A stretch of 64,000 nucleotides of DNA from Ferruginibacter sp. GTDB taxonomy: Bacteria > Bacteroidota > Bacteroidia > Chitinophagales > Chitinophagaceae. Under the pieces are notes generated by a model. The model was given only the letters and a program-made list of their open reading frames with translations, was not told the DNA's origin and ran no database searches. Within the stretch, counting starts at the first letter, position 1. Every line of letters starts with the position of its first letter. A program made the translations under genes and the position numbers. Shown in pieces: positions 31,590-43,114 of this stretch. The DNA lies in assembly GCA_039920545.1 (NCBI GenBank), contig JBDSDN010000015.1, positions 3,122-67,121 of the forward strand, given 5' to 3'.

Positions 31590-32402
31590 ATGCCCACTCT
31601 TAGTATTACAATTATTCAAACCAATTTATTCTGGGAAAATAAACCTGCTAACCTGCGGATGCTTGAGGAAAAAATCAGCAGCATACCTGAAAAAACAGAA
31701 ATTGTTGTATTACCAGAAATGTTCAGTACCGGCTTTAGCATGAATGCAGCCTCCCTGGCAGAAACCATGGATGGGCCCACTGTCGAATGGATGAAAGAAA
31801 TCTCAGCAAAAAATAATATTGTACTAACTGGTAGTGTTATAATCGAAGAAAATAAAAATTTTTACAACCGCCTCATCTGGATGCTGCCAAATGGCAAATA
31901 TGGCTATTACGATAAACGACATCTTTTTGCTTATGCAAATGAAGCGCAGTATTATACTTCAGGGGAAAAAAGATTAATTGCACAAGTAAAAGGGTGGAAA
32001 GTAAATCTGCAGGTATGTTATGATTTGCGCTTTCCGGTGTGGGCCAGGCAAAAAAGAGCCGCGGAAATTGACCACGAGAACAAAATTGAATCCGAATATG
32101 ACCTTTTATTATATGTAGCTAACTGGCCGGAACGCAGGAGCCATGCCTGGAAAACATTGCTTTGTGCCAGGGCCATAGAAAATCAATGTTATGTAGTGGG
32201 TGTAAACAGGGTAGGTAAAGATGGAAATGATATTTATCACAGTGGGGATTCCATGTTGATTGGGCCTTTGGGAGAAGTGCTTTACCACATGGCAGACGAT
32301 GAAGATATTTTTACGATTACCCTGGAGAAAGAACAACTAGCCCAGGCACGGTCAAAATTCCCTTTTTGGCGAGATGCAGATGATTTCTCTATAGGTTTGT
32401 AA
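31590..32402 (+). CDS. Nitrilase-superfamily amidohydrolase (YafV-like omega-amidase)
   Basis: LPEMFSTGF, YDKRHLF, VCYDLRFPVW and ARAIENQCY motifs (Glu-Lys-Cys triad). Confidence 0.88.
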   Translation: MPTLSITIIQTNLFWENKPANLRMLEEKISSIPEKTEIVVLPEMFSTGFSMNAASLAETMDGPTVEWMKEISAKNNIVLTGSVIIEENKNFYNRLIWMLPNGKYGYYDKRHLFAYANEAQYYTSGEKRLIAQVKGWKVNLQVCYDLRFPVWARQKRAAEIDHENKIESEYDLLLYVANWPERRSHAWKTLLCARAIENQCYVVGVNRVGKDGNDIYHSGDSMLIGPLGEVLYHMADDEDIFTITLEKEQLAQARSKFPFWRDADDFSIGL

Positions 32403-33879
32403 GAGCTTTATTGTAAATCATTTTTTTTACCTCCAGCATTTTTTTGTCTTCTCTATTTAATAATGCATCGTAACTGGTGCCAATGTAAACATCCGGAATT
32501 ACGCCGCTGCCTTTTTCGGCTATATGATTGTACTGCACCAGCCTGAATAATGGTAGCCTTATTCGTAAATGAGTATTCGGGAGAATAATATCCGGTATCA
32601 TAATTCCATTATTTCCATACCATCCTCCTCCAGTTTCTTCTCCCACCAATAAAATGCCCGGTTGCCCTTTTAAGGCATTACAAAGTAAGGCTGCAGCCGA
32701 AAATGTAGGTCCGTTCGTAAGAATATATATTTCCCCATTAAAGTGATTGTTTTTTTTAGGTTGATATATTTTATTCTCCAAATGGCGAAGATGATATAGT
32801 CCGTCCGATTTTTTATGGGTTATAAAAGCCAGTTCTACATTATTAAGAAATTTATTTTTTATATATTTTGTATAAGGCCGTAAAGTTTTGGAGACTGCAT
32901 ATAAAGTGTCTGCTACTTTAAAGGGTTGACTTATTAAATACCTGGTGAGAAGTGTAGACAGGCCAACCCTGCCACCGCCGTTGCTCCTTAAATCCAACAC
33001 CAGGTTTTTAATCTTTTCTTTTTGTAGTTTTTTAAAAGAATTTCTGAAAAAATGCCTTAGATGCCCTTGAGCAAAACTATTTACGGTCATAACCGCAACT
33101 TTTCCTGTACTGTCCATTTGAAGACTGCGGTATTGAAGTATTCTTCTTTGTGAAGGCTTTTCCCTTTTTTTTACTTTATCATGGCCATTTTTTTTAAGGG
33201 AATCTTTTGGGGGAACATATAATGGAAGTACCGCTATTTTTTCTTTTGCTGTGCTATCGGTATAAGTAATTTTATACCTGTTGCTTAAACCAAAAATATT
33301 TCGATGATAATAAGGAAAATTAGCGCTCAACCTGATATAATTCACATTGTCTGCATACCCATCCTGAGGTAAATAGCTAAACATTTTTTTAATCAGTTCA
33401 TGATTGGTTATCCCATTTACTGAAGTTATTAGTGTTCCTCTTTTAAAGACGCTGTCCCTTTGGTTAAGGTTTGCAGTTACTGCTATCGTGTCGTTCCAGA
33501 CTTTTACTAAAAGGGGGAAAGACGGGAGCCTCCTGCCCACTGTCCATTTAGAATATGCAAGGCTCATGCTTATACTTGTATGGCCACACCTCAACTTATT
33601 TATTAAAGGGGCAAGTATTTGCCAGTTAAATTTTTGCTCCCCCATACTATCAGTAATGGCGCTGTAATAGTGCGTAAAATAATAATCCATACTGTCTTTG
33701 GAGGTATACCAATAAACTGAAGGGTGTTTTTGTTGAAGAATGTTTTTAAGCAGTAAATAATCTTGTTGTAATTTTTGTACAGGATATTTTTTAATTGGGT
33801 TATAGTTTTTTCTGGAACAGGCACAGGAAAATAATAAGCAGCTATACACGATACAACTAACAGCAGTGAGTTTTTTCAT
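32389..33879 (-). CDS. S41 family peptidase, probable lipoprotein
   Basis: LVLDLRSNGGG, TFSAA, GEETGG and GVIPD motifs; N-terminal lipobox-like cysteines. Confidence 0.85.
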   Translation of the reverse strand: MKKLTAVSCIVYSCLLFSCACSRKNYNPIKKYPVQKLQQDYLLLKNILQQKHPSVYWYTSKDSMDYYFTHYYSAITDSMGEQKFNWQILAPLINKLRCGHTSISMSLAYSKWTVGRRLPSFPLLVKVWNDTIAVTANLNQRDSVFKRGTLITSVNGITNHELIKKMFSYLPQDGYADNVNYIRLSANFPYYHRNIFGLSNRYKITYTDSTAKEKIAVLPLYVPPKDSLKKNGHDKVKKREKPSQRRILQYRSLQMDSTGKVAVMTVNSFAQGHLRHFFRNSFKKLQKEKIKNLVLDLRSNGGGRVGLSTLLTRYLISQPFKVADTLYAVSKTLRPYTKYIKNKFLNNVELAFITHKKSDGLYHLRHLENKIYQPKKNNHFNGEIYILTNGPTFSAAALLCNALKGQPGILLVGEETGGGWYGNNGIMIPDIILPNTHLRIRLPLFRLVQYNHIAEKGSGVIPDVYIGTSYDALLNREDKKMLEVKKMIYNKALTNL

Positions 33880-34021
33880 ACTGGTAAAACACTAATTCAA
33901 TTGGAAAATTAAAATATTAAAATTAAAACCATCAGCAGCGGAAAGCATTTTAGATAGTTTGTTAATTTATAAAAGTTGTTTTGAAAGATTAATTCTACGT
34001 TTAAACCCAGTGAATACAGTT

Positions 34022-34486
34022 TTAGTTATTTAAGACGGTTTCCTGGTAAAAAACAGCTTGCCATATTCCTTTTCGTTTAACGTAGGTTGAAGAAGAAGCT
34101 ACCAGGGGAGTCCAGGTTTGTCCATTAGCATCCACTATGTCCTGGTTTAATTCGTAGTAAACAATTGCAACGTTCTCGGTAAGTGGGTGAACCCTAATGT
34201 TTGATAAATGATAAGAACGAACTATGCTGCTTTGAAAAAGTTTTATAACATCATTAGCGTGCATTACATTTCTTCCGAAGTAACCGATGTAATCATCCGC
34301 TATAGTTTCTCTCAAGGCAGGAAAATTTCGTGTTTTAGCAAATTCCCAACTGCTTAATTCCCGCTCTATTACTTTTTTACTATCCTGTTCTGTAAATACA
34401 GGTGTCTTAGGTTGTGCAGTATTTCTGCAGCTGATAACAGAAACAGAAATTAGCCCAATAAAAAATAATTTAAATAGAAGCTGCAT
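34022..34486 (-). CDS. NTF2-like (DUF4440) lipoprotein
   Basis: Lipobox VISC; ADDY and C-terminal STYVKRKGIWQAVFYQET. Start moved to MQLLFK at 34486. Confidence 0.75.
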   Translation of the reverse strand: MQLLFKLFFIGLISVSVISCRNTAQPKTPVFTEQDSKKVIERELSSWEFAKTRNFPALRETIADDYIGYFGRNVMHANDVIKLFQSSIVRSYHLSNIRVHPLTENVAIVYYELNQDIVDANGQTWTPLVASSSTYVKRKGIWQAVFYQETVLNN

Positions 34487-34710
34487 AATTATATTTTTAT
34501 ACCAAAGGTGCATAGTCCATGCCAATTATAAAGAGATTTTTTTCGGAGGGTCCTGTAATAAAATTAAAAATGATATTGCTAAAGTTTGCCCGGGTTGTCA
34601 CCTGCAGATTAATTAATGTCAGAGATCATAATAAATTCTGCAAACTCTAATTCTATTATTCTAACTCAAAGTATACATTCCCTTTATCTTTGCACACTTA
34701 ATAATTTTTT

Positions 34711-36153
34711 ATGTTTAACAAGCGAACAAAAATAAAAATCTTATTGCTGAACCCTGATACAAATTATGAAGTATCTGTAATGGGTTGGGTTCGTTCTTTT
34801 CGTAACAACCAGTTTATTGCATTAAATGATGGCAGCACAAATAATAATTTACAGGTTGTAGCCAACCTTGGTTTGTTAGATGAAGCTACTCTAAAGCGAA
34901 TTACTACTGGTGCGTGCATAAAGGCGTCAGGCATAGTGGTTGACTCCTTAGGCAAAGGCCAAAAAGTAGAGTTAAAAGCTTCTTCCATAGAGATACTTGG
35001 CGATAGCGACGCTGAGAAATTCCCTTTGCAGCCGAAAAAACACAGCCTGGAATTTTTACGGGATATTGCACATTTACGTTTTCGTACCAATACTTTTGGC
35101 GCTATTTTCCGGGTAAGGCACTCATTGGCTTTTGCCGTGCACGAATTTTTTCATAAACGTGGTTTTGTTTACATGCACACCCCGATTATTACTGCAAGCG
35201 ATGCGGAGGGCGCCGGAGAAATGTTTAAGGTTACAACTTTACCTTTAGATGGTAGCGCTGCAAAAAATGAAGATGGCTCTATCAATTTTAAAAATGATTT
35301 TTTTGGACGTAGTACCAACCTTACAGTTAGTGGCCAATTGGAAGGTGAATTAGCTGCTATGGCGTTAAGTGACATTTATACTTTTGGACCAACTTTCCGT
35401 GCAGAAAACAGTAACACTGCCCGGCATCTTGCAGAGTTTTGGATGATAGAACCTGAGGTAGCATTTGCTGACCTGGAAGACAATATAAATCTGGCAGAAG
35501 AATTTATTAAATATATTATTGCTTATGCCATGGAGCATAATAAAGAAGATCTTGATTTTCTGGCACAACGGCTGCAAGAAGAAGAAAAACAAAAGCCTCA
35601 GGCAGAAAGAAGTGAACTCGGCCTGCTGGAAAAATTAAGTTTTGTTGTAGATAATAATTTTGAAAGAATTACTTATACCCAGGCTATAGATATATTAAGG
35701 GAAAGCAATCATAACAAAAAAAAGAAGTTTCAATATTTAATAGAAGGCTGGGGCGTAGATCTGCAAAGTGAGCACGAGCGTTACCTCGTAGAAAAACATT
35801 TTAAAAAGCCGGTAGTCCTCACTGATTATCCAAAGGAAATAAAATCTTTCTACATGCGGTTGAATGAAGATGGAAAGACGGTTGCTGCAATGGATATTCT
35901 TGCGCCTGGCATTGGTGAAATTGTTGGTGGCAGCCAAAGGGAAGAACGATATGAAAACTTACTGCAGCGTATGAGAGAAATGAATATTCCGGCAGAAGAC
36001 TTAGATTGGTATCTTGATACCCGGCGCTTTGGTTCCTGCCCACACGCCGGCTTTGGGCTAGGGTTTGAACGTTTAGTTTTATTCGTAACCGGCATGACAA
36101 ATATCAGGGATGTAATTCCATTTCCCAGGTTTCCAAAGAGTGCCGCATTCTGA
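34711..36153 (+). CDS. asnS: Asparagine--tRNA ligase
   Basis: [39 protein letters not shown] and [10 protein letters not shown] motifs. Confidence 0.97.
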   Translation: MFNKRTKIKILLLNPDTNYEVSVMGWVRSFRNNQFIALNDGSTNNNLQVVANLGLLDEATLKRITTGACIKASGIVVDSLGKGQKVELKASSIEILGDSDAEKFPLQPKKHSLEFLRDIAHLRFRTNTFGAIFRVRHSLAFAVHEFFHKRGFVYMHTPIITASDAEGAGEMFKVTTLPLDGSAAKNEDGSINFKNDFFGRSTNLTVSGQLEGELAAMALSDIYTFGPTFRAENSNTARHLAEFWMIEPEVAFADLEDNINLAEEFIKYIIAYAMEHNKEDLDFLAQRLQEEEKQKPQAERSELGLLEKLSFVVDNNFERITYTQAIDILRESNHNKKKKFQYLIEGWGVDLQSEHERYLVEKHFKKPVVLTDYPKEIKSFYMRLNEDGKTVAAMDILAPGIGEIVGGSQREERYENLLQRMREMNIPAEDLDWYLDTRRFGSCPHAGFGLGFERLVLFVTGMTNIRDVIPFPRFPKSAAF

Positions 36154-36237
36154 TTTTGTAAATAATAACCCAGGTGTAGGAGTGGAATCATATTTTCAGC
36201 CTGATAAAACGTATTTTTATTTTTCTGATTTTTATTT

Positions 36238-37335
36238 ATGAAAAAGGAAAAAGTAAATTATCTCGATTACTTATTGAATCCGATGGAACTCTTGCGGACC
36301 AAAAAGGTCTTAAAGGTAAACCCGACAATAAGCCCGGATAGGACCGCTCCCATAAATACAAAAATTATCTTATATGAATATTCTAAAGATAAATCTCAGT
36401 GCCTAACGATCAATAACATTGAAGAGACCTATAAACATCTTGACACATTTGATAATACCTGGATTAATATTGATGGGTTGCGTAAAGAAGATCTGGAAAA
36501 TATTTCCGCTCATTTCAAAATTCATCAATTAATTACAGAAGATATTTTAAGTATTGGTCAGCGTCCGAAAATGGACGAATTAAATGGCCTGGTTTTTTGC
36601 CTCTTGAACATGCTCTATTTTAATGAAAAAGATTCTTCGGTAGAAACAGAACAGATAAGTATTGTGCTGGGTAAAAATTTTGTGATCAGTTTCCAGGAAG
36701 ACGAATCAAGGGATGCTTTTAATCCTTTGAGGGAAAAAATAAAAATTGCCGGAAGCAAAGTAAGGCTGAATGGTGCCGATTTTTTGTTTTATACTTTAAT
36801 AGATCTTATTGTAGATAATTATTATGTGGTAATGGAAAAAATGGGTGGTAAAATTGAACTGCTTGAAGAAGAAATTCTGCGTAATACTAATACCAGGAGC
36901 CTGGTAAAAATAAATGTACTGCGAAAAGAAATGATTGTACTAAAGCGAAGCATCGCCCCAGTAAGAGAGCTGGTAAACGGTATATTAAGAAGTGAAACCG
37001 AGTTAATAGATGAAAAGACCGAGAAATATTTTAAAGATGTTTATGATCATATAGTGCAGGCAAATGACCTGGCTGAAAATTACCGGGATATGATGATGAA
37101 CTTACATGATCTATATATTAATAATGTAAATCTTAAGATGAATGAGGTGATGAAGGTTATGGCTGTAGTTACCTGCCTATTGGCCCCTGCTACCGTAATC
37201 GGCGGAATTTTCGGGATGAATTTTGAACGGATCCCGTTATTGCATAACCAATGGGGTTTTTTTATATCAGTCGGGCTCATGCTTTTTATCCCCCTGGTGA
37301 TGATAAGAGCGTTTAAAAAACGTGGCTGGTTCTAA
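36238..37335 (+). CDS. corA: Magnesium/cobalt transporter CorA
   Basis: WINIDGL, QRPK and GIFGMNF signature; two C-terminal TM helices. Confidence 0.93.
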   Translation: MKKEKVNYLDYLLNPMELLRTKKVLKVNPTISPDRTAPINTKIILYEYSKDKSQCLTINNIEETYKHLDTFDNTWINIDGLRKEDLENISAHFKIHQLITEDILSIGQRPKMDELNGLVFCLLNMLYFNEKDSSVETEQISIVLGKNFVISFQEDESRDAFNPLREKIKIAGSKVRLNGADFLFYTLIDLIVDNYYVVMEKMGGKIELLEEEILRNTNTRSLVKINVLRKEMIVLKRSIAPVRELVNGILRSETELIDEKTEKYFKDVYDHIVQANDLAENYRDMMMNLHDLYINNVNLKMNEVMKVMAVVTCLLAPATVIGGIFGMNFERIPLLHNQWGFFISVGLMLFIPLVMIRAFKKRGWF

Positions 37336-37339
37336 AAAT

Positions 37340-37864
37340 TTATACTTCCCTTTTTTCAACCGGTTTTTTATAGACAGGTACTGTACTACAAGGCTCCCCG
37401 TACATAATGCTTTTTGTAACCGGGCGCAACTTTTTTGTAATGGCTATATATGCAGCTTCTCCGATTGGTAAATCGCCACAACCTTTTATTACTACACGAA
37501 CTTCTTTAAATTCACCGGTTTCTATCAATTCTATGTTACGCAGTAAAATTTGTTCTTTCACAAAAAAATCACTGCCAAAAATTATTTCTTTTGCTACCGG
37601 TTGCAAAGCACTTGCTGCAAGCATATAGGCCCACATTGGTATTACTGCATCGGCTGTACAGGTAAGTGCCACAATTTTATTTTCATACGGCTCTATGTTC
37701 AAAATCTTAAGTGCCTCTCTGAAATCCTTTTCTTTTAAAATTAAGCCCATAAAAAGGTAATCTTTCATATCAAATAAAGACACCGGTTCTTTTGGATAAT
37801 AATCTTCAAGGTTCAGAGTAACAATTCCGCTTTCTGCTACTTTATTTACAAAGACTTCGCTCAT
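37340..37864 (-). CDS. DUF2480 family protein
   Basis: VNKVAESG, L.EKDFR, C.ADAVIP.WAYML, KGC and SIMYGEPCSTVP motifs. Confidence 0.82.
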   Translation of the reverse strand: MSEVFVNKVAESGIVTLNLEDYYPKEPVSLFDMKDYLFMGLILKEKDFREALKILNIEPYENKIVALTCTADAVIPMWAYMLAASALQPVAKEIIFGSDFFVKEQILLRNIELIETGEFKEVRVVIKGCGDLPIGEAAYIAITKKLRPVTKSIMYGEPCSTVPVYKKPVEKREV

Positions 37865-37880
37865 AATGCAAAATTATAAC

Positions 37881-37913
37881 AAAAAGCCGCACCGAAAATT
37901 TGGTGCGGCTTTT
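37881..37913. terminator. Intrinsic terminator downstream of the PPIase gene (symmetric A/T tails)
   Basis: AAAAGCCGCACC-N8-GGTGCGGCTTTT. Confidence 0.8.
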
Positions 37914-37935
37914 ATGATTATCGTTTAACGGAAAT

Positions 37936-40056
37936 TTAAAAAATCTTGCTTCGGCTATCTTTAATATCGGCCTGTTTCTTCAACCCTTCGTACCAATTAG
38001 ATGTTTGGCTGCGTAAAGCCGTGAGCCGTGCGGCAGTTATTTGCGATGCCATTTCCGGAATCTCTGCAGGTTTATTTTGAATGCTGTTTACTTTTACAAT
38101 ATAAACCCCGCTATTACCAGCAAAGGGTGTAGTTATTTTACCCTGGTTTTGTTTATTGAAAATAACGCCTACTAATTTAGGTTCTGCACCTATACCGTTT
38201 ACCATTTGGGAGACCATAGTTATTGAGGAATCTCCTCCGGCCTGCAAAACCTGTTTTTGATAAGCAGCCGCAGCTGTTTCTAATGTAGGATTAGCTCCAA
38301 TTTTTGTTTTAATTATTTCCGCTTTCTTTTCGTTACGTATGATTGCTTCTGCTCCGCTTCTTGCCGTTAATGCATCCTGTGTTCCTTCGGTTTCTATTTT
38401 ATCAACTACTGCCACTATAAACTCATTCCCAACACTAAAAGGTTCGCTTACGTTTCCTTTTTTAGCCTCAAATGCCCATCTTACCAATTGGCGGGCATCC
38501 TGCAAACCGCCTACCGAAAAATCATTTTCTTTTACGACTGTTGGCACCTGGGTAATGCGTAACCCATTTTTGGCTGCATAGGCTGCAAGTGCAGTTGCAT
38601 CTTTTTCGGCCGAAGCTTTGGTTGCCTGTAAGCTTGCGTTATTAATGGTGGCATCGCTTGGCGTAATTTCTTTTGCCACAAAAGCAATTTTATACGCTGG
38701 TTTAAAGTTTTGTTGGCTCATAATTTCTATTACATGATAACCAAATTGAGTTTTCACTACTTCTTTAGACCCTACAGGTTTAGAAAAGGTAAAGTCATTA
38801 AACTCGGGTACCATGGCACCGTAACCAAATGTTCCTAAATCACCTCCTTTGTCCTTGCTGCCGTCAGTAGAATACTTTGCAGCAAGAGCTCCAAAATCTG
38901 CCCCGGTTTTTACGGCAATTAAAATACTATCCGCTAATTTTTTGGCAATTGAATCTTCCATAATCGGTTGCCCGGTTTGAGGATTATTTGTTCCAATTAA
39001 TATATGCCTTGCTTTTACACTGTCGGGCAAATCTTTACTTCCTAAAACTTTAGCTAATATAAAATTCCCATTATCAGAATAGGGGCCATAAACCGTGCCT
39101 TGTGGTTGTTTTAATATTGTATCCAACGATGTTGAATTGATTTTTGATTTTGGTTTATAGCTGTCTTCAAAATCTATTGCAGAAGTATTTCGGGCTACAA
39201 ATGCTGTTGCGTTGGTATCGGTACTGAAAGAGGGTTTTAATTGTGCAACAAGTTCTTTAATTCTGGCACTGTCTGTTGCGGTTGGTAATTGGCTAAAACT
39301 TACATAAGAAATCTTTCGGCCGGCTTCCTGTTTAAAGAGAAGTGCATGCTTTTTAACATAAGTATTGATATCTGCATCTGAAATAATTAGGCTGCTATCA
39401 GGAATGTCATTATAACCTATACTTACATAAGAAATATCAGCAAACGTCCGGCCTTCTGTTGCTTCTTTTTCCTGCATCCAGGAAGGATAATAAGCACTAG
39501 CCGCAATAAGCCCCCCATATTTAGCTACCAGGGCAGATAACTTTAAAGGGTCTACAATTTGTGCATCTACTGCATCCCTTTGTTCACCTTTGAATTTTTT
39601 AATATTTACTATTGCTTCCTGTGCCTTTGTAATATCTAATTTCCCCGTTGCCGGATCTGTCATACCTTGCTGTTGTAAAAAAGGGTTTGTAGGATCGTTA
39701 CTTAATAAAATTGCTGATAACTCTTTAGAAGTAAAACTGATGCCTAACTTTTCAGCTTCTTTGAAAAATATTTTCTCGGCTACTATCTGGTTCCACATCT
39801 GTTCCCGTATCTGGTAAGTTCTTGTACCATTAGGTCGCTGTCCTGTTCTTTGTTCTTCCTGGTCTTCGAGAGATTTTACCCTTTTATTAAAATCATTCAG
39901 CTCAATATTTTCACCGTTTACCTTTCCTATGCCTGAGTTAGAAAGCAAGGAACCGCTTTTCTTATCATCACTTGTTACTATAAAGGCTATAATAGCCAAA
40001 GCAATAGTTCCTGCGAGTAAGTACCTGTTTTTCTGAATAGATTGAATTATCTGCAT
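37936..40056 (-). CDS. PpiD/SurA-like membrane-anchored parvulin-type PPIase chaperone
   Basis: N-terminal TM (IALAIIAFIV), GKVNGE, VKARHILI, GGDLG and KTQFGYHVI parvulin motifs. Confidence 0.88.
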   Translation of the reverse strand: MQIIQSIQKNRYLLAGTIALAIIAFIVTSDDKKSGSLLSNSGIGKVNGENIELNDFNKRVKSLEDQEEQRTGQRPNGTRTYQIREQMWNQIVAEKIFFKEAEKLGISFTSKELSAILLSNDPTNPFLQQQGMTDPATGKLDITKAQEAIVNIKKFKGEQRDAVDAQIVDPLKLSALVAKYGGLIAASAYYPSWMQEKEATEGRTFADISYVSIGYNDIPDSSLIISDADINTYVKKHALLFKQEAGRKISYVSFSQLPTATDSARIKELVAQLKPSFSTDTNATAFVARNTSAIDFEDSYKPKSKINSTSLDTILKQPQGTVYGPYSDNGNFILAKVLGSKDLPDSVKARHILIGTNNPQTGQPIMEDSIAKKLADSILIAVKTGADFGALAAKYSTDGSKDKGGDLGTFGYGAMVPEFNDFTFSKPVGSKEVVKTQFGYHVIEIMSQQNFKPAYKIAFVAKEITPSDATINNASLQATKASAEKDATALAAYAAKNGLRITQVPTVVKENDFSVGGLQDARQLVRWAFEAKKGNVSEPFSVGNEFIVAVVDKIETEGTQDALTARSGAEAIIRNEKKAEIIKTKIGANPTLETAAAAYQKQVLQAGGDSSITMVSQMVNGIGAEPKLVGVIFNKQNQGKITTPFAGNSGVYIVKVNSIQNKPAEIPEMASQITAARLTALRSQTSNWYEGLKKQADIKDSRSKIF

Positions 40057-40613
40057 CTTTATTAAAATAAATTTTGGAGGGCAAAAATAGGGGAAAAAAG
40101 GATATCAACAAATTGTGGAAAAGGTATCGGAAAGCTGATGTGTATTTGATCACAGCCAAATGTTATTTTGTTTTTTATCACAAAAAAATATTTTTGTTTT
40201 GAGTTTTACACTTGCCTTGTTAAAAACCGTTGTTTAATGTGTAGAAGCAAACCTTTTACAATTTAGAAGTCAGAGTAATTTGAGTATAAATACAAGCTGG
40301 TAATTTTTTTTTATTTTTCATGAGTGTTGCCCACCATTTATGACCATACTATTAACAGGTATTTTTATAAAAAGTAAAATTTACTTTTCCCCGCAGTTAT
40401 TTATTAACGGGTGTTAATTACTATTTTTTAAAACCTGTATCGTTTTTATAATTGCACTATATATATTTTTATACTAATGTTAATACGATGTGTTTCAGTG
40501 GAGGTAAACTAATGTTTTTATCTTTACAATACTTTGTAAAACTTAATTTTCCACATATTAACAGCCCTAATAGTAATAAGGGATTATATAAATAGATAGT
40601 ATTAATACATATT
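40057..40613. other. Putative chromosomal replication origin (oriC)
   Basis: 557-bp AT-rich gap. Perfect TTWTNCACA boxes at 40114-40122 (minus) and 40547-40555 (plus), about nine boxes with 1-2 mismatches, and a tandem box + GCC + nTA trio module at 40547-40578 followed by an AT-rich tract. Confidence 0.72.
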
Positions 40614-41624
40614 ATGGTAGATATTAACAGTGAAAAAATTATAGAAGTGGTTAGGCAAAAAGGTTTTCTTGATATAGACTTAAACCCTTCTTTAGACTTA
40701 TTTACAGAAATTGAAAAATTAAAAAAAGAAAAAAATGCCATCATACTTGCGCATTACTACCAGGAGCCGGATATTCAGGATGTAGCAGATTATATTGGCG
40801 ATAGTTTGGGCTTAGCTCAAAAAGCAGAAAAAACTGATGCAGATATAATTGTTTTTGCCGGGGTTCATTTTATGGCAGAGACAGCGAAGATTTTAAATCC
40901 AACCAAAAAAGTTTTACTTCCTGATTTAAATGCCGGTTGCTCATTAAGCGATTCTGCTCCACCGGCTATTTTTAAAATATTTAAAGATAAATATCCAGAT
41001 CATTTGGTAATAACTTACATAAACTGTAGTGCAGGTATGAAAGCCTTAAGCGATATAATTTGTACCAGCAGTAACGCACAAAAAATAGTAGAAAGCTTGC
41101 CGCTTAACCAACCAATAATTTTTGCCCCTGATAAAAACCTCGGCGCTTTTATAAATAAGAAAACGGGCAGAAATATGGTATTATGGAATGGTGCTTGTAT
41201 GGTGCATGAACTTTTCAGCCTGGAGAAAATAACCAAATTAAAAATAAGGCACCCAAATGCAAAAGTAATTGCACACCCCGAGTGTGAAGAAGCTGTATTG
41301 GCAGTAGCAGACTATATAGGGAGCACCACTGGACTTTTAAAATATTCACATTCAGATAGTAGCCAGGAATTTATTGTGGCTACAGAAGCCGGGATATTAC
41401 ACCAAATGCAAAAAGAAAGTCCATATAAAACATTTATACCAGCGCCACCAAATAATTTATGTGCCTGTAATGATTGCCCTTATATGAAATTAAATACATT
41501 GGAAAAATTATACCTATGTATGAAATACGAAGCTCCTGAAATTTTAATGGATGAAAAATTAAGGCTCGCTGCAAAAAAACCAATCGATAGAATGTTGAAG
41601 ATTAGTGCGCAATTTGGATTATAG
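40614..41624 (+). CDS. nadA: Quinolinate synthase
   Basis: [39 protein letters not shown] and [10 protein letters not shown] motifs. Confidence 0.96.
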   Translation: MVDINSEKIIEVVRQKGFLDIDLNPSLDLFTEIEKLKKEKNAIILAHYYQEPDIQDVADYIGDSLGLAQKAEKTDADIIVFAGVHFMAETAKILNPTKKVLLPDLNAGCSLSDSAPPAIFKIFKDKYPDHLVITYINCSAGMKALSDIICTSSNAQKIVESLPLNQPIIFAPDKNLGAFINKKTGRNMVLWNGACMVHELFSLEKITKLKIRHPNAKVIAHPECEEAVLAVADYIGSTTGLLKYSHSDSSQEFIVATEAGILHQMQKESPYKTFIPAPPNNLCACNDCPYMKLNTLEKLYLCMKYEAPEILMDEKLRLAAKKPIDRMLKISAQFGL

Positions 41625-41869
41625 ATAAAAATTTATTTTTTAAAGCTGGTTTTTAAATTGTTTTACAACAGTGAAGAATTTTACAAAGCTACCTGATCAT
41701 CTAATCACCCCACGTAAAAACTATTTTATAAAACCTCAACATAAAGCTTCTTAAATTCCTAAAGCAAGTGTATATTTAATTAAACCCTTTATAAAGAAGC
41801 TTAAAAAAGTATAATCAAAAAATAATACTTACATTATTTTTCGGATGGCTTATCTTTTTATCATTGAGC

Positions 41870-43114
41870 ATGTTTCGCCACATTCCATTTTTAAAAACTG
41901 TTTTTTTCTACAGTTTGACCGCTTTTGGGGGGCCACAAGGACATTTTGGTATGATGCTAAAAACATTTGTTCAAAAAAGAAGGGATGTTACGGAAGAAGA
42001 ATTAATAGAATATAATTCTTTCTGCCAGCTTTTACCAGGTGCTTCCAGCACCCAAACCTTAACGCTGATTGGTTATAAAAGAGGAGGTGTGCCTTTAGCT
42101 GTTGTAACATTAATAATATGGATTTTGCCGGCAAGTTTTTTAATGGGGGCCTTTTCTTTTTTATTGACAATTTATCCGCATAAAAATTTAACTGCGGGGA
42201 TATTTAAATTTATTCAACCTATGGCCATAGGTTTTTTAGCTTATGCAGCCATTAAGGCTTTTTCAATTTCTGTTACAAATTTCATTACACAATTGATAAT
42301 GCTTGTGGCAATGGTAGTAACTTTTTTTCTATTTAAAACCCCCTGGATTTTTCCTTTACTTATTATTTCCGGCGGAATTTCTACCAGCTTTAGCAGTAAG
42401 CGAATACCAGAAAAAGAAAATATTAAGCCTCGGCAAATTAGATGGACAAATATCTGGCTTTTCGTAATTATTTTTATGATTGCTGGCTTTTTTAGTGAAA
42501 CAGCCCGTAAACACGATTGGACAAACCGGAAAGCATTCAACCTGTTTGAAAATTTTTATCGATTCGGGAGTTTTGTTTTTGGCGGGGGAGATGTTCTGCT
42601 ACCTATGATGCTAGACCAATATGTTGTTAGGCCCAAAGATGCAAGGATAGCCATTAAAAATCCTAATGCTATTAAAATAGAAAGCGGTGATTTATTGACG
42701 GGTTATGGTATAGTCAGAGCTATCCCGGGGCCAGTATTTTCAGTTGCGAGTTTTACAGGAGGTATCGCCCTAAAAGAAAAGGGATATAAAATGCAGTTAA
42801 TTGGTTGCCTCATAGGCACAGTGGCTATATTTTTGCCCAGTGCGCTTTTGGTGCTATTTTTTTTTCCTGTCTGGCAATACTTAAAAAAATTTGTGTTTGT
42901 ATTTAGGGCCTTAGAAGGAATTAATGCAGTAGTTGTGGGGGTAATGTGGGCTGCAACACTTTATTTATTAAGTGCCATGCATTTAACGCATTTTGATTGG
43001 GTGAACAGTTTCAGCCTTATCGTTATTTTGGCTACTTTTTTACTACTTAAACATTCGAAAATTCCGACCCCATTTATAGTGATATGTTGCATATTACTCG
43101 GTTGGATTTTCTAA
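41870..43114 (+). CDS. chrA: Chromate efflux transporter (long-chain CHR)
   Basis: [21 protein letters not shown] and AIPGPVF motifs in two homologous halves. Confidence 0.88.
   Translation: MFRHIPFLKTVFFYSLTAFGGPQGHFGMMLKTFVQKRRDVTEEELIEYNSFCQLLPGASSTQTLTLIGYKRGGVPLAVVTLIIWILPASFLMGAFSFLLTIYPHKNLTAGIFKFIQPMAIGFLAYAAIKAFSISVTNFITQLIMLVAMVVTFFLFKTPWIFPLLIISGGISTSFSSKRIPEKENIKPRQIRWTNIWLFVIIFMIAGFFSETARKHDWTNRKAFNLFENFYRFGSFVFGGGDVLLPMMLDQYVVRPKDARIAIKNPNAIKIESGDLLTGYGIVRAIPGPVFSVASFTGGIALKEKGYKMQLIGCLIGTVAIFLPSALLVLFFFPVWQYLKKFVFVFRALEGINAVVVGVMWAATLYLLSAMHLTHFDWVNSFSLIVILATFLLLKHSKIPTPFIVICCILLGWIF

Noticed and set aside
40469-40744. 91-aa minus-strand ORF across the nadA start
   Set aside because: Overlaps nadA and the DnaA-box module; composition is what AT-rich non-coding DNA gives.
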